The translations under genes and the position numbers were made by a program. DNA of 35,441 nt from Sphingomicrobium sp. GTDB taxonomy: Bacteria > Pseudomonadota > Alphaproteobacteria > Sphingomonadales > Sphingomonadaceae. This document shows positions 9,390 to 19,486 of this stretch, piece after piece. The stretch covers positions 1-35,441 of the forward strand of contig DASUCP010000121.1 of assembly GCA_036275975.1 (NCBI GenBank), in the 5' to 3' direction. The notes beneath the pieces were generated by a model. It did not search any database, was not told where the DNA came from, and was given only the letters and a program-made list of their open reading frames with translations. Position 1 is the stretch's first letter, and every line of letters begins with the position of its first letter.

Positions 9390-10616
9390 CTAGCCAGTGG
9401 CGGACGGGGCGGCAACTGCCTCTTCGTGTTCCAGCCCGTTCAGCTCCAGCCGCTTGATCAGAAGAGGCATCGTGAGGCCCTGGACGAGGATCGAGAATGC
9501 GACAACGACGAAAGCCGTCAGGATGATCGCGTTGCGTTCGGGAACGCTCGCCGGCACCGCCAGCGCGAGAGCAAGGGCAAGTGCGCCGCGCAGGCCGCCC
9601 CAGAACAAGGTGTGCTGGAATGATGATGCGATCCGCCAGCGCGAGGCGCGGAAGGCTGCTGCCAGCGGGTAAATCGAAACTGCACGTCCGACGAGCACGA
9701 GGAGGATCGCGGCCACGGCGGCGATAGAGCTTAGCCGGTGGAAGGGTTGATTGGCGACGCTCATGCCGATCAGGATGAAAACGAAGCTGTTGGCGAGGAA
9801 GGCAAAATACTCCCAGGCCGAATGCACGCGCTCACGGCCGTCCGGCGAAATTGCCCCCCTCGGCCCAAGGCTTCCAATCATCAGTCCAGCAGTGAGCGCG
9901 CTGATGATGCCCGAGGCGTGGAGGCGTTCGGCGATGAGGAATGACCCGTAAGCGGCCAGCGTCGTCAGCGTGATCTCGACGAGCGGGTCGTCGGTGCGGC
10001 CAACGATCAGCAGTATCGCTCCGCTAACCGTGACGCCGATCAACAGGCTGCCGCCGAGGATCCACACGAAGGCAGGGATCACGCTGGCGACTGTGGGTGA
10101 TGACCCAACGGCAATCGCGGAGAGAACCGCAAAGCCGACTGCCGCGACGCCATCATTGAGCAGGCTTTCGGACTCGACCACCATCGACACGCGCGGCTGG
10201 CAGCCCATTTCGCGAAAGGCGGCGATCACTGAAACGGGATCTGTCGCGGCAATCAGGACTCCGAACAGCGCTGCGCCGATCCAACTCCATCCGATGATCC
10301 AGTGCATTCCAGCGGCGACCACCAGCGCGGCAATTGCCACCCCGGCAAAGGCCAGCGTCAACGTCAGTGGGAGTTCGTGGCGAAATCGCCGCCAGTCGAG
10401 CTGGAGCGCGCCTTCAAATACCAGCGGGGGAAGAAGGACGTTGAAAATGAGCTCGCGCGAAAGCGGCAGCTGCGGCGCGTTCGGCATCAAGGCAACCAGG
10501 AAGCCCGCGACGACCAGGCCCACGATGTAGGGCAGTCCGAGGCGCCGCGAGAGCATCGCGATGAGGCACGCGACGAGCAGCAGGGCTCCGATCGGGGCGA
10601 GCGAAATTCCATCCAT
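9390..10616 (-). CDS. Na+/H+ antiporter, CPA1 family (NhaP/NhaG-like)
   Basis: LPPLVFE, ATDPVSV, ESLLNDG, GGLRGAL motifs. Confidence 0.92.
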   Translation of the reverse strand: MDGISLAPIGALLLVACLIAMLSRRLGLPYIVGLVVAGFLVALMPNAPQLPLSRELIFNVLLPPLVFEGALQLDWRRFRHELPLTLTLAFAGVAIAALVVAAGMHWIIGWSWIGAALFGVLIAATDPVSVIAAFREMGCQPRVSMVVESESLLNDGVAAVGFAVLSAIAVGSSPTVASVIPAFVWILGGSLLIGVTVSGAILLIVGRTDDPLVEITLTTLAAYGSFLIAERLHASGIISALTAGLMIGSLGPRGAISPDGRERVHSAWEYFAFLANSFVFILIGMSVANQPFHRLSSIAAVAAILLVLVGRAVSIYPLAAAFRASRWRIASSFQHTLFWGGLRGALALALALAVPASVPERNAIILTAFVVVAFSILVQGLTMPLLIKRLELNGLEHEEAVAAPSATG

Positions 10617-10686
10617 GAGGGCGCCATATCAGGCGATTTCGCGGAGGTCTGCCCTGCTGCTGTTGATGCTCTTCCACTAAAGCGAT

Positions 10687-10701
10687 GTTCGTGTATTGTT
10701 C
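10687..10701 (+). promoter_or_regulatory. Alphaproteobacterial LexA (SOS) box GTTC-N7-GTTC
   Basis: GTTC GTGTATT GTTC ending 5 nt before the radA ATG. Confidence 0.8.
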
Positions 10702-10706
10702 CGCAC

Positions 10707-12074
10707 ATGGGGAAGCTCAAGACGCGCTATGTTTGCCAGTCCTGCGGGTCCGTTTCGACGCGTTGGCAGGGGCAGTGTGCGGATTGCGCCGAGTGGAACA
10801 CGCTCGTGCAGGAGAGCGCCGAGCTTTCGAGCATCTTTGCGGCGAAGCACAACCTTCAGGGCGGCGGGCGTGTCATCCCTCTCGTCGGCCTCGAAACGCC
10901 CGCGGCGCTTCCGCAGCGCCTGCCGAGCGGGCTTGCGGAGTTCGACCGGGCGATCGGCAGCGGCATTGTCGCAGGCTCCGCCATGCTGGTGGGCGGCGAT
11001 CCGGGGATCGGTAAGTCGACGCTGCTGCTGCAGGTCGCCGCTCGGCTCGCGAGCGAGGGACACAAGGTCGTCTATGTTTCGGGCGAGGAGTCCGCCGAGC
11101 AGGTGCGCCTTCGCGCGGTGCGCCTCGGCCTTGGCGCTGCTCCGGTTAGGCTCGCCGCGTCGACTTCGGTCCGGGACATTCTGACGACGGTCGGCGAGGG
11201 CGAGCCCCCCGCGCTGCTCATCATCGATTCGATCCAGACCATGCATTCGGACCTGATGGAGGGCGCGCCAGGGACTGTCAGCCAGGTCCGCGCGTCGGCG
11301 CAGGAGCTGGTGCGCTTCGCCAAGGAGCGCGGGGCTGCAGTGGTGCTCGTCGGGCACGTCACCAAGGACGGCACGATTGCGGGCCCACGCGTCCTCGAGC
11401 ATATGGTCGACACGGTGCTGAGCTTCGAGGGCGAGCGCAGCCACCAGTATCGAATCCTCCGCGCAATGAAGAACCGCTTCGGTGGCACCGACGAGATCGG
11501 CGTGTTCGCCATGGAAGGGCAGGGGCTGACCGAGGTGCCGAACCCGTCCGCCTTGTTCCTCACCCATCGCGGCGAACCGGTCAGCGGCACCAGCGTCTTC
11601 CCGGCAATCGAGGGCTCGCGTCCGGTGCTGGTCGAGATCCAGGCGCTGGTCGTGCGTCTCGCAACCGGAGCAACTCCGCGGCGCGCGGCGGTCGGCTGGG
11701 ACAGCGGACGTCTCGCGATGATCCTCGCCGTGCTGGAGGCTCGCTGCGGGCTCAGCTTCGCGACGGCGGAAGTCTATCTCAACGTCGCGGGTGGGTATCG
11801 CCTCAGCGATCCCGCAGCCGATCTGGCCGTCGCGGCTGCACTCGTTTCGGCGCTGTCAGAGCGGCCAGTTCCGTCCGAAGCGGTGGTGCTCGGCGAAATT
11901 GCGTTGTCCGGTGAAATCCGACCCGTCGCTCATGCCGGACTTCGCCTCAAGGAATCGGCAAAGCTTGGGTTTGAAATGGGTTGGGTGCCGAAGGGCATCA
12001 AAGGCAGCGAGGGTATTCGGCTCGCCGAATTTGCGAACCTACGGCAGCTGGTCGACCAAGTCCTCCGGCGCTAG
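10707..12074 (+). CDS. radA: DNA repair protein RadA/Sms
   Basis: C4 zinc finger CQSC..CADC, Walker A GDPGIGKST, KNRFG, Lon-like C-terminus; start at MGKLKTRY. Confidence 0.96.
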   Translation: MGKLKTRYVCQSCGSVSTRWQGQCADCAEWNTLVQESAELSSIFAAKHNLQGGGRVIPLVGLETPAALPQRLPSGLAEFDRAIGSGIVAGSAMLVGGDPGIGKSTLLLQVAARLASEGHKVVYVSGEESAEQVRLRAVRLGLGAAPVRLAASTSVRDILTTVGEGEPPALLIIDSIQTMHSDLMEGAPGTVSQVRASAQELVRFAKERGAAVVLVGHVTKDGTIAGPRVLEHMVDTVLSFEGERSHQYRILRAMKNRFGGTDEIGVFAMEGQGLTEVPNPSALFLTHRGEPVSGTSVFPAIEGSRPVLVEIQALVVRLATGATPRRAAVGWDSGRLAMILAVLEARCGLSFATAEVYLNVAGGYRLSDPAADLAVAAALVSALSERPVPSEAVVLGEIALSGEIRPVAHAGLRLKESAKLGFEMGWVPKGIKGSEGIRLAEFANLRQLVDQVLRR

Positions 12075-13111
12075 CGCGCGGCGTCCGCTTCCACGCCGAT
12101 CGCTTCTCGAACGACGTACAGCGGACGCTGCTTGGCTTCTGTCAGGATGCGGCCGACATATTCGCCGAGCACGCCCAGCGAGATCAGCTGGACTCCGCCG
12201 AGGAACAGCACTGAGACCATGATCGAGGCATAGCCGGGCAGCTTGATGCCGAACGCGAGCGTGCGCACCGCGATGAACCCGGCATAGCCAAGCGCGAACA
12301 TGGCGACGACGGCGCCGACATAGCTCCAGATGCGGAGCGGCACCGTCGATGCGGACGTGATCCCGTCGAGCGCCAACGTCCACAGCTTCCAGTAGTTGAA
12401 CTTGGTCTTGCCGTGCTCGCGCTCGACGCGATTATATTCGACCGAGGCCTGCTTGAATCCCGCCCAGGCGAAGAGGCCCTTCATGAAGCGGTTGCGCTCG
12501 GGCAGCGCGCGGATGACCTCGACGACCTTGCGGTCGAGCAGGCGGAAGTCGCCGGCATTCTCCGGAATCTTGTCCTGCGAGACCATGTTGTGCGCGCGGT
12601 AATAGAGACCGGCGGTCAGCCGCTTGGCCCAGGAATCGGTGGCGCGGCAGCGTCGAACCCCGAACACCATCTCGTAGCCGTCGAGCCATTTCGCGACCAT
12701 CTCGGGCAGCACCTCCGGCGGATCCTGCATGTCGACGTCCATGGGAATCACCGCACGCCCGCGCGCATGGTCGAGGCCGGCACTCAGTGCCGCTTCCTTG
12801 CCGAAGTTGCGCGACAGCGAGAGGGCGCGAACACGCGGCTCACGCATGCGCGCGCCGATAATTGCGGCGAGCGTCTGGTCGGTGCTTCCGTCGTCGACGA
12901 AGAGGATTTCCCAGCTCTCATTGGTTGCGATGCCATCGAGAACTGCCGAGACGCGCTCGACGAACGGCAGGATGGCGAGCTCCTCGTTCTTCACCGGGAC
13001 GACGACCGAAATCAGAGGATCGATCAGCCCGCGCTTGACCAGCTGCGGTCCGAGATCGGCGAGCGGATGCCCCGGATCGACGCTCGCAATTCGGCTCTTC
13101 TGCCGCGACAT
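12071..13111 (-). CDS. GT2 polyprenol-phosphate glycosyltransferase (GtrB/ArnC-like)
   Basis: VDDGSTD, SRNFGKEAAL, DVDMQDPP, two C-terminal TM helices, GEYVGRI. Confidence 0.92.
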   Translation of the reverse strand: MSRQKSRIASVDPGHPLADLGPQLVKRGLIDPLISVVVPVKNEELAILPFVERVSAVLDGIATNESWEILFVDDGSTDQTLAAIIGARMREPRVRALSLSRNFGKEAALSAGLDHARGRAVIPMDVDMQDPPEVLPEMVAKWLDGYEMVFGVRRCRATDSWAKRLTAGLYYRAHNMVSQDKIPENAGDFRLLDRKVVEVIRALPERNRFMKGLFAWAGFKQASVEYNRVEREHGKTKFNYWKLWTLALDGITSASTVPLRIWSYVGAVVAMFALGYAGFIAVRTLAFGIKLPGYASIMVSVLFLGGVQLISLGVLGEYVGRILTEAKQRPLYVVREAIGVEADAAR

Positions 13112-13151
13112 AGTTGGCTCCCCTTTTGCAAAGCGAAGCTAGGCGCGGATG

Positions 13152-13167
13152 GTTACCCGAACCTTAA
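13152..13167 (-). promoter_or_regulatory. CtrA-like box TTAA-N7-GTAAC
   Basis: One mismatch to consensus, about 40 nt upstream of the GT2 start. Confidence 0.45.
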
Positions 13168-13240
13168 ATTTGCGCCGAAAACAGCCTTGGCATCCGTAGC
13201 TGTTGCGGTTCGTTGACCAGCCAATCATGAGACGTCGCAA

Positions 13241-14656
13241 GTGAACCGCGAAACCGTTTCCCACGCAGAAGCGCACGCCGAAGACGGGCTTCCGATTCCC
13301 CGCCGCTACTGGTCGGTGATCAGCATCTGGCTCGCACTGACGATGGCGGTGCTCGACGGTGCCATCGCCAACGTCGCGCTTCCCGTCATCGCGCACCAGC
13401 TCGGAGCGTCGCCGGCAAGCTCGGTGTGGGTGGTCAACGCTTACCAGCTGACGATCACGGTGCTCCTGCTGCCGCTCGCCGCGCTCGGCGACCGCATCGG
13501 CTACAAGTGCATCTATATCCCGGGCCTCGCGCTGTTCACGATCGGGTCGGTTGGGTGCGCGCTTGGCGGGACGCTCCCGCTGCTGATCGTCGCGCGGGTG
13601 TTCCAGGGCATCGGCGCCGCCTGCATCATGAGCATGAATGCCGCGCTGGTCCGCGCAACCTATCCCGCGAGCATGCTCGGCCGCGGCATCGGCTACAATG
13701 CGATGGTCCTTTCCATGTCGGCGGCGATTGGCCCGACACTAGCGGCGCTGATCCTCAGCGTCGCCTCCTGGCCGTGGCTGTTCCTCATCAACCTTCCCAT
13801 CGGAATTGCGGCGCTGATCGTCGGCCGCAGGTCGCTGCCGGAACCGCAAGGCCACGGCCGCCCGTTCGACTGGCCTTCGGCGATGCTGAGTGCCGCGATG
13901 ATGGGTTGCGTGGTGTTCGGTGCCGAGATGTTCGCACGCGAGGGCGCGGGTTTGGGGATCGCTCTCGTGGTTCTTGGCGTCGCCGCCGGCTCGACGCTCG
14001 TTTGGCGTGAGCGCGGCGTCAAGGCGCCGCTCATGCCCCTGGACCTGCTACGGATCCCGATCTTCGCCTTGTCGATCGGCGCGTCGATCGTCTCATTCGC
14101 AGCGCAGATGCTCGCTTACACGACGCTTCCGTTCCTGCTGCAGTCCTTGCTCGGCCGAAGCGTGTTCGCGACCGGGCTGCTGATCACTCCGTGGCCGATC
14201 GGCGTCGGGATCGCCGCGCCGATCGCGGGACGCCTGGCCGACCGCGTTCCGGCGGGACTGCTCGGCGGTGTCGGCCTAACTATCTTTGCCGTGGGACTCT
14301 TCCTCCTCTCGCAGCTCGGCGCGCATCCCGACAATCTGCAGATTGCCTGGCGAATGGCAGTCTGTGGGATTGGTTTCGGCATGTTCCAATCGCCCAACAA
14401 CCGGACGATCGTGAGCGCCGCGCCGAAGCCGCGCTCCGGCGCCGCCGGCGGAATGCTCGCTACGGCGCGGCTGCTCGGTCAGACTTTTGGTGCCGTGACG
14501 GTCGGCGTCGCCTTCCATTTGTCCGGCATCGGCGCGGGCCCCGATCTGCTCCTTGCCGCGTCGATCGCGGCCCTGCTGGCGGCTGGCGTTAGCCTGCTGA
14601 GGCTCCGCGTAACGCCGCCGAGCCGAGTAGCCGTCTACAAGCCAATCCTCGAATAG
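13241..14656 (+). CDS. MFS transporter (DHA2/EmrB-QacA-like)
   Basis: LDGAIANVALP, WVVNAY, LGDRIG, FLINLPIG, FQSPNNR. Confidence 0.92.
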   Translation: MNRETVSHAEAHAEDGLPIPRRYWSVISIWLALTMAVLDGAIANVALPVIAHQLGASPASSVWVVNAYQLTITVLLLPLAALGDRIGYKCIYIPGLALFTIGSVGCALGGTLPLLIVARVFQGIGAACIMSMNAALVRATYPASMLGRGIGYNAMVLSMSAAIGPTLAALILSVASWPWLFLINLPIGIAALIVGRRSLPEPQGHGRPFDWPSAMLSAAMMGCVVFGAEMFAREGAGLGIALVVLGVAAGSTLVWRERGVKAPLMPLDLLRIPIFALSIGASIVSFAAQMLAYTTLPFLLQSLLGRSVFATGLLITPWPIGVGIAAPIAGRLADRVPAGLLGGVGLTIFAVGLFLLSQLGAHPDNLQIAWRMAVCGIGFGMFQSPNNRTIVSAAPKPRSGAAGGMLATARLLGQTFGAVTVGVAFHLSGIGAGPDLLLAASIAALLAAGVSLLRLRVTPPSRVAVYKPILE

Positions 14657-14695
14657 TCGCTGGAAACAGCTCTGGCCCTAAGCTAGCGCCAAGGC

Positions 14696-15220
14696 ATGAC
14701 CGCGCTCGACGTCCTCGTCTTCCTGTTGCTGATCGGCGGCGCCGCCATCGGGTTCGTGCGCGGGTTTGTGCACGAGGTCGTCTCGCTACTTGCGTGGATC
14801 GTCGGCATCGCAATGCTGAAGCTGTTCCATTCGCAATTGTGGAGCGGCCTCGAAAACAGCTTTGGCGGGAGTAGCGCGGGAGCCGCGGTGATCGCCTTTG
14901 CTCTTTTGTTCATTCCTAGCTTCGTCCTGGTGAAGCTGCTCGCCCGGTCGCTCGGCGGGAGGACGAGGCGCTCGCCGGTGCTCGGGCCCGTCGATCGCGT
15001 CCTCGGCGGCGGCTTTGGCCTGCTCAAGGGCCTGCTCGGCGCAACATTGTTCTTCCTGCTGGCGAACCTTGCGACCGACATGGTCTATGGACCGCAGGCC
15101 GATCGGCCGCACTGGATGAGCAAGTCACGAACTTACCCGCTTCTGAATGCCAGCGGCCGTTCGATCGTCGACTGGGTCGAGGCTCGACGGCATCACAATC
15201 ATGAGGCGCCGGACAAATGA
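14696..15220 (+). CDS. cvpA: CvpA family membrane protein
   Basis: [10 protein letters not shown] and [13 protein letters not shown] motifs; 4 TM helices. Confidence 0.9.
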   Translation: MTALDVLVFLLLIGGAAIGFVRGFVHEVVSLLAWIVGIAMLKLFHSQLWSGLENSFGGSSAGAAVIAFALLFIPSFVLVKLLARSLGGRTRRSPVLGPVDRVLGGGFGLLKGLLGATLFFLLANLATDMVYGPQADRPHWMSKSRTYPLLNASGRSIVDWVEARRHHNHEAPDK

Positions 15221-16527
15221 TCTGCCTGCATGACACGCTGACGCGAGAGAAGCGGCCGTTCGTTCCGGCCAATCCCGAGCGGATCACCATGTATGTCTGC
15301 GGGCCGACCGTCTACGGCCGCGCCCATATCGGCAACGCGCGGCCCGCCGTGGTCTTCGACACGCTCGCGCGCCTGATCCGGCATGAGTTCGGCGCGAGCA
15401 GCCTCGTCTATGCGCGCAACGTCACCGACGTCGACGACAAGATCATCGCCGCGGCCGAAGTGGAGGGCGTCGATCCATCGGTGATTACCGAGCGGTACGA
15501 GCGATTCTACCTCGAGGACATGGGCGCCCTGGGCGTGGAGCCACCGGACATCGCGCCGCATGCGACGCAGGAAATCGCGTCGATGATTGCAATGATCGAG
15601 CGCCTGATCGAGCACGGCAACGGCTATGAGGCGCAGGGGCACGTGCTCTTCTCCGTTCCGAGCGACCCCGACTACGGCGTGCTCAGCAAACGCGACCGCG
15701 ACGCCATGATCGCGGGCGCTCGCGTCGAGGTCGCCCCCTACAAGCGCGATCCCGCCGATTTCGTGCTTTGGAAGCCGAGCGATGAGGGTGTGATCGGCTG
15801 GGATTCCCCGTGGGGACGGGGCCGACCCGGCTGGCACACCGAATGCTCGGCGATGATCGAGCGGCACCTCGGCGACACGATCGACATCCACGGCGGCGGC
15901 CTCGATCTCATCTTCCCGCATCACGAGAATGAGATTGCGCAGAGCCGCTGCGCGCACGCCGGCCTGCCGCTCGCGCGCTTCTGGGTGCACAACGGCTTCG
16001 TCGACATGGGCGCGGAGAAGATGTCGAAGAGCCTCGGCAACATCATTACGCCAGCGGAGCTTCTGGCCCAGGGGCACAAGGGCGAGACGCTTCGGCTCGC
16101 ACTGCTGTCGGCGCACTATCGCCAGCCGTTGCCCTGGACCGAGGCGCTAATCGAGCAATCGAAGACGATCCTCGATCGCCTATACCGTGCGGGAGGAGAT
16201 GCTCCTGCCGGTCAGATCGACGACGAGGTGCTGGAGGCGCTTTCGGACGATCTGAACACGCCGGCAGCGCTCTCGCGGCTCCAGGCGATCGACGACGCCG
16301 CTACGTTAAAGGCATCCGCGGGGTTGCTCGGGCTGCTGTCGAACACAGCCGACGAATGGTTCAGGGGAGGGGGCGGCGAGGCGGCAATCGAAGCCCGTAT
16401 CGCGGAGCGTACAGCAGCGAAGAAGAACCGTGATTTTGTGAACGCGGACAGAATCCGCGACGAGCTCAAGGCCGACGGTATCGTCTTGGAGGACGGCCCG
16501 GGCGGCACTACTTGGCGGCGGGAATGA
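15217..16527 (+). CDS. cysS: Cysteine--tRNA ligase
   Basis: [33 protein letters not shown]. Confidence 0.97.
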   Translation: MICLHDTLTREKRPFVPANPERITMYVCGPTVYGRAHIGNARPAVVFDTLARLIRHEFGASSLVYARNVTDVDDKIIAAAEVEGVDPSVITERYERFYLEDMGALGVEPPDIAPHATQEIASMIAMIERLIEHGNGYEAQGHVLFSVPSDPDYGVLSKRDRDAMIAGARVEVAPYKRDPADFVLWKPSDEGVIGWDSPWGRGRPGWHTECSAMIERHLGDTIDIHGGGLDLIFPHHENEIAQSRCAHAGLPLARFWVHNGFVDMGAEKMSKSLGNIITPAELLAQGHKGETLRLALLSAHYRQPLPWTEALIEQSKTILDRLYRAGGDAPAGQIDDEVLEALSDDLNTPAALSRLQAIDDAATLKASAGLLGLLSNTADEWFRGGGGEAAIEARIAERTAAKKNRDFVNADRIRDELKADGIVLEDGPGGTTWRRE

Positions 16528-16946
16528 ACCGGCCGCTCTATACGACCGAGATCCTGCGGCTCGCCGCTTCGCTCCACGATCCGCATGCTCTGGAGCGCGA
16601 GGACGGCCGCGCGGAGCTTCGTTCGCCCACATGCGGCAGCCGCATTTCGATGACTGTGCAGCTCGATGGCGAGCGGCGCGTCGAGCGACTTTCGATGCAG
16701 GTCCACGCCTGCGCTTTCGGCCAGGCTTCCGCTGCGCTTGTGAATCAACACGGCGTCGGTCGGACTCATGACGAGATTGCCGACGCGCTGGTGATTATCA
16801 GCCGCTGGCTGGCGCAGGAGCAGGAGGAAGCCGGCGACTGGCCGGGGATCATCGCGCTTGAGCCGGCACGGGCGCGCAAGGCACGCCATGGCGCGATCCT
16901 GCTACCCTTCCGCGCGTTGCTTGCGGCGATCGAGTCCGCGACGTGA
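16524..16946 (+). CDS. IscU/SufU (NifU_N)-like scaffold protein
   Basis: SPTCGS and ACAFGQASA motifs; ATGA overlap with cysS. Confidence 0.85.
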   Translation: MNRPLYTTEILRLAASLHDPHALEREDGRAELRSPTCGSRISMTVQLDGERRVERLSMQVHACAFGQASAALVNQHGVGRTHDEIADALVIISRWLAQEQEEAGDWPGIIALEPARARKARHGAILLPFRALLAAIESAT

Positions 16947-18757
16947 CGACGCCCGCCGAAACGGCGCAGGCGACCACCGCAATCCTCGAAAGCGGCGCGA
17001 TCATGCTTGGCGCCGCGCTTGTTTTCGTCACGCTCTTCCGGCGGCTGAAGCTCGGTGCGACGTTGGGCTATATCGTGGCGGGTGCGCTGATCGGGCCCGG
17101 CCTGCTCGGCCTCATCCGCGATCCCGAACAGCTTACCAGCGTCACCGAGCTTGGAATCGCGCTCCTGCTGTTCATCGTCGGTCTCGAGCTTCAGCCGAGC
17201 CGATTGTGGCGCTTGAGGAAGGACATCTTCGGCCTCGGTCTGGCGCAGGTCGTGCTGTGCGGGTTGGCGCTGAGCCTCCTTCTTTACTTGGCGCTTGGCC
17301 TCTCGCCTGAAGCGTCCCTCGCAATCGGCCTTCCACTCGGACTCTCGTCGACCGCGCAGGTTCTGCCGATGCTCCGCTCGGACAACGAGCTGAACACGCC
17401 GCAGGGGGAGCGCGCGTTTTCCGTGCTGCTGTTCCAGGACCTCGCGATCGTTCCGATGATCACGATCATCGCGGCGATGGCGCGAACGCCGCCGGATCTG
17501 AGCGCTCCGGTCGGATGGAAGCTGGCGCTCTACACCGTGCTTGCGGTGATCGCCCTCGTCATCGTGGGCCGCGTCGCGCTTAATCCACTATTCCGCCTGA
17601 TTGGGCGCCTTGGCGAGCGCGAGCTGTTCGTCGTCGCTGGGCTGTTCACGGTCATCGGCTCCGCCGCGGCAATGCATGCGCTGCATCTTTCAGTCCCGCT
17701 CGGCGCATTCGTCGCAGGCGTGGTGCTCGCCGAATCACCCTACCGTCATGAGCTTGAGACCGATGTCGAGCCGTTCCGCTCGATACTTCTCGGGCTGTTT
17801 TTCCTCTCCGTGGGGATGCTCCTCGATCTCAACATCGTGGCGCATCGGCCGCTTCTCGTGATCGGCCTCGCCGCGGGCGTGATCGTGACCAAGGCGATCC
17901 TGATCAGCGGCCTGAGCCGTCTGTTCGGCTGCACTTGGAAGCTCAGCATCCGCCTCGGGCTGTTGCTCAGCCAGGCCGGCGAATTCGGGTTCGTGCTCTT
18001 CGGCCAGGCGACTGCCGCGTTACTGGTCTCGCCTGAAGCGGCGTCGCTGTTCAGCGCGGTCGTGACCTTCTCGATGGTGACAACCCCATTCCTCATGCGC
18101 TTCATCGACTTTCTCGAGCGCAAGGATGCGCCGCGCAAAGACCTCGACGGTCCGGAGCTGTCCCCCGAAACGAGTGCGATCGTGGTTGGCTATGGCCGCT
18201 TCGGGCAGACGGTGGCCCAGATGCTCCAGGCCAAACGCATCGGCGTCACGCTGATCGACAAGAAGCCGGGCCAGATCGAACTCGCCGGGGAGTTCGGCAC
18301 CAAGGTCTATTACGGCGACGGGCTCCGTCTCGATCTGCTGCGATCCGCGGGCGCCGACACGGCCAAGGTCATCGCCTTCTGCAACGACAATGAGGGCGGC
18401 GAGCTATCGCGGGAAGCGATCAAGGCCGTGCTTCGCGCCTTTCCGCAGGCGTCGGTGATGGTCCGCGCGTTCGATCGGCGCCACCTGATCGAGCTACGTG
18501 GACTCGATCTGGTCCTTGCGGAACGCGAATTGTTCGAAAGCGCAGTCGTGATGGGCAAGGCAGCGCTTCGGGCGAGCGGCATCGAGCCACGCGAGATCGA
18601 CCGAGTGGAACGGGAATACCGCCTTCGCGACTGCGACCGGCTCGAACGGCAGCGCGAAAGCGGCGATGTCCGAGAGGGCTGGGAAACATCATTCGGTGAA
18701 GACCGGCCGCTGCCCGACGAGCAGCCGCCGGTTGCTCAGGTTCGCTTGGAAAGATAG
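16943..18757 (+). CDS. Kef-type K+/H+ antiporter (CPA2) with KTN domain
   Basis: LSSTA, LLFQD, GAFVAG, SQAGEFGFV; GYGRFG KTN motif. Confidence 0.92.
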   Translation: MTTPAETAQATTAILESGAIMLGAALVFVTLFRRLKLGATLGYIVAGALIGPGLLGLIRDPEQLTSVTELGIALLLFIVGLELQPSRLWRLRKDIFGLGLAQVVLCGLALSLLLYLALGLSPEASLAIGLPLGLSSTAQVLPMLRSDNELNTPQGERAFSVLLFQDLAIVPMITIIAAMARTPPDLSAPVGWKLALYTVLAVIALVIVGRVALNPLFRLIGRLGERELFVVAGLFTVIGSAAAMHALHLSVPLGAFVAGVVLAESPYRHELETDVEPFRSILLGLFFLSVGMLLDLNIVAHRPLLVIGLAAGVIVTKAILISGLSRLFGCTWKLSIRLGLLLSQAGEFGFVLFGQATAALLVSPEAASLFSAVVTFSMVTTPFLMRFIDFLERKDAPRKDLDGPELSPETSAIVVGYGRFGQTVAQMLQAKRIGVTLIDKKPGQIELAGEFGTKVYYGDGLRLDLLRSAGADTAKVIAFCNDNEGGELSREAIKAVLRAFPQASVMVRAFDRRHLIELRGLDLVLAERELFESAVVMGKAALRASGIEPREIDRVEREYRLRDCDRLERQRESGDVREGWETSFGEDRPLPDEQPPVAQVRLER

Positions 18758-19281
18758 GCTTCGAGCGCGTCCACGATCGAATCGACCACTTCCTTGTGCG
18801 CGCCGTCGCCGCTTTTCACGTGGATGTGGGCTTCCTCATAGGAGCCCCGCCGTTCGTTCGCGAGCCGCTCGAGCGTCCCTTTCGGATCGCTGTTCCGGAG
18901 CTGCGCGCGAGTATCCCTTCGCGACGTGCGCTCGGTCAGGATGTCGACGGGCGCATCGAGCCACACGGTGATCGCGCGCTGGTTCAGCAGTTCGCGTGTG
19001 CGCGAATCGACAAATGCGCCGCCGCCGGTAGCAATGACTCGCACATCGCCTTCAATCAGGCGTGCGACGAGCCGGCGCTCGCCGTCGCGGAAATCGCTTT
19101 CGCCGTAGCGCTCATACACCTCCGCAGCGGAGAGGCCCGCCGCATCTTCGATTTCGGCGTCGCTGTCGACGAACGGCAGGCCGAGGCGCCTGGCGAGGCG
19201 CCGGCCGACCGTCGACTTTCCCACTCCCATCAGCCCGACCAGCACCACGGGCCGGTCGAGCCGCTTTGCCAAATCACTCAC
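18736..19281 (-). CDS. aroK: Shikimate kinase
   Basis: GLMGVGKSTVG, FVDSD, FRDGE, ATGGG; GTG start inferred. Confidence 0.93.
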   Translation of the reverse strand: MSDLAKRLDRPVVLVGLMGVGKSTVGRRLARRLGLPFVDSDAEIEDAAGLSAAEVYERYGESDFRDGERRLVARLIEGDVRVIATGGGAFVDSRTRELLNQRAITVWLDAPVDILTERTSRRDTRAQLRNSDPKGTLERLANERRGSYEEAHIHVKSGDGAHKEVVDSIVDALEAYLSKRT

Positions 19282-19351
19282 AACAGGGGCTATACAGCGG
19301 GTGGCAAGCTCGCCAAAAGCCCTCTCCATCCATCCAGTGTAAATGGAAGCC

Positions 19352-19486
19352 ATGCCCCGGATCATTGTCCTCATTATCGTGCTGGTGGTCATAATCGGCG
19401 CGCTCTTCTTCCTGTCGACGCTGCCGAAGCAGCAGCCCACCCACACGATCGAAGTGCCCGTCCAGCAGGGGGGCAATGCGCACTAA
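19352..19486 (+). CDS. Small 44-aa single-pass membrane protein (not in ORF track)
   Basis: MPRIIVLIIVLVVIIGALFFLSTLPKQQPTHTIEVPVQQGGNAH; overlaps the next gene start; alternative in-frame ATG at 19343. Confidence 0.75.
   Translation: MPRIIVLIIVLVVIIGALFFLSTLPKQQPTHTIEVPVQQGGNAH

Noticed and set aside
10302-10706. N-terminal extension of RadA in the ORF track
   Set aside because: Overlaps the antiporter on the opposite strand; RadA homology begins at ATG 10707. The same applies to the extended cysK, aroK, comF, methyltransferase, flavoprotein, folE and PA2169 ORFs
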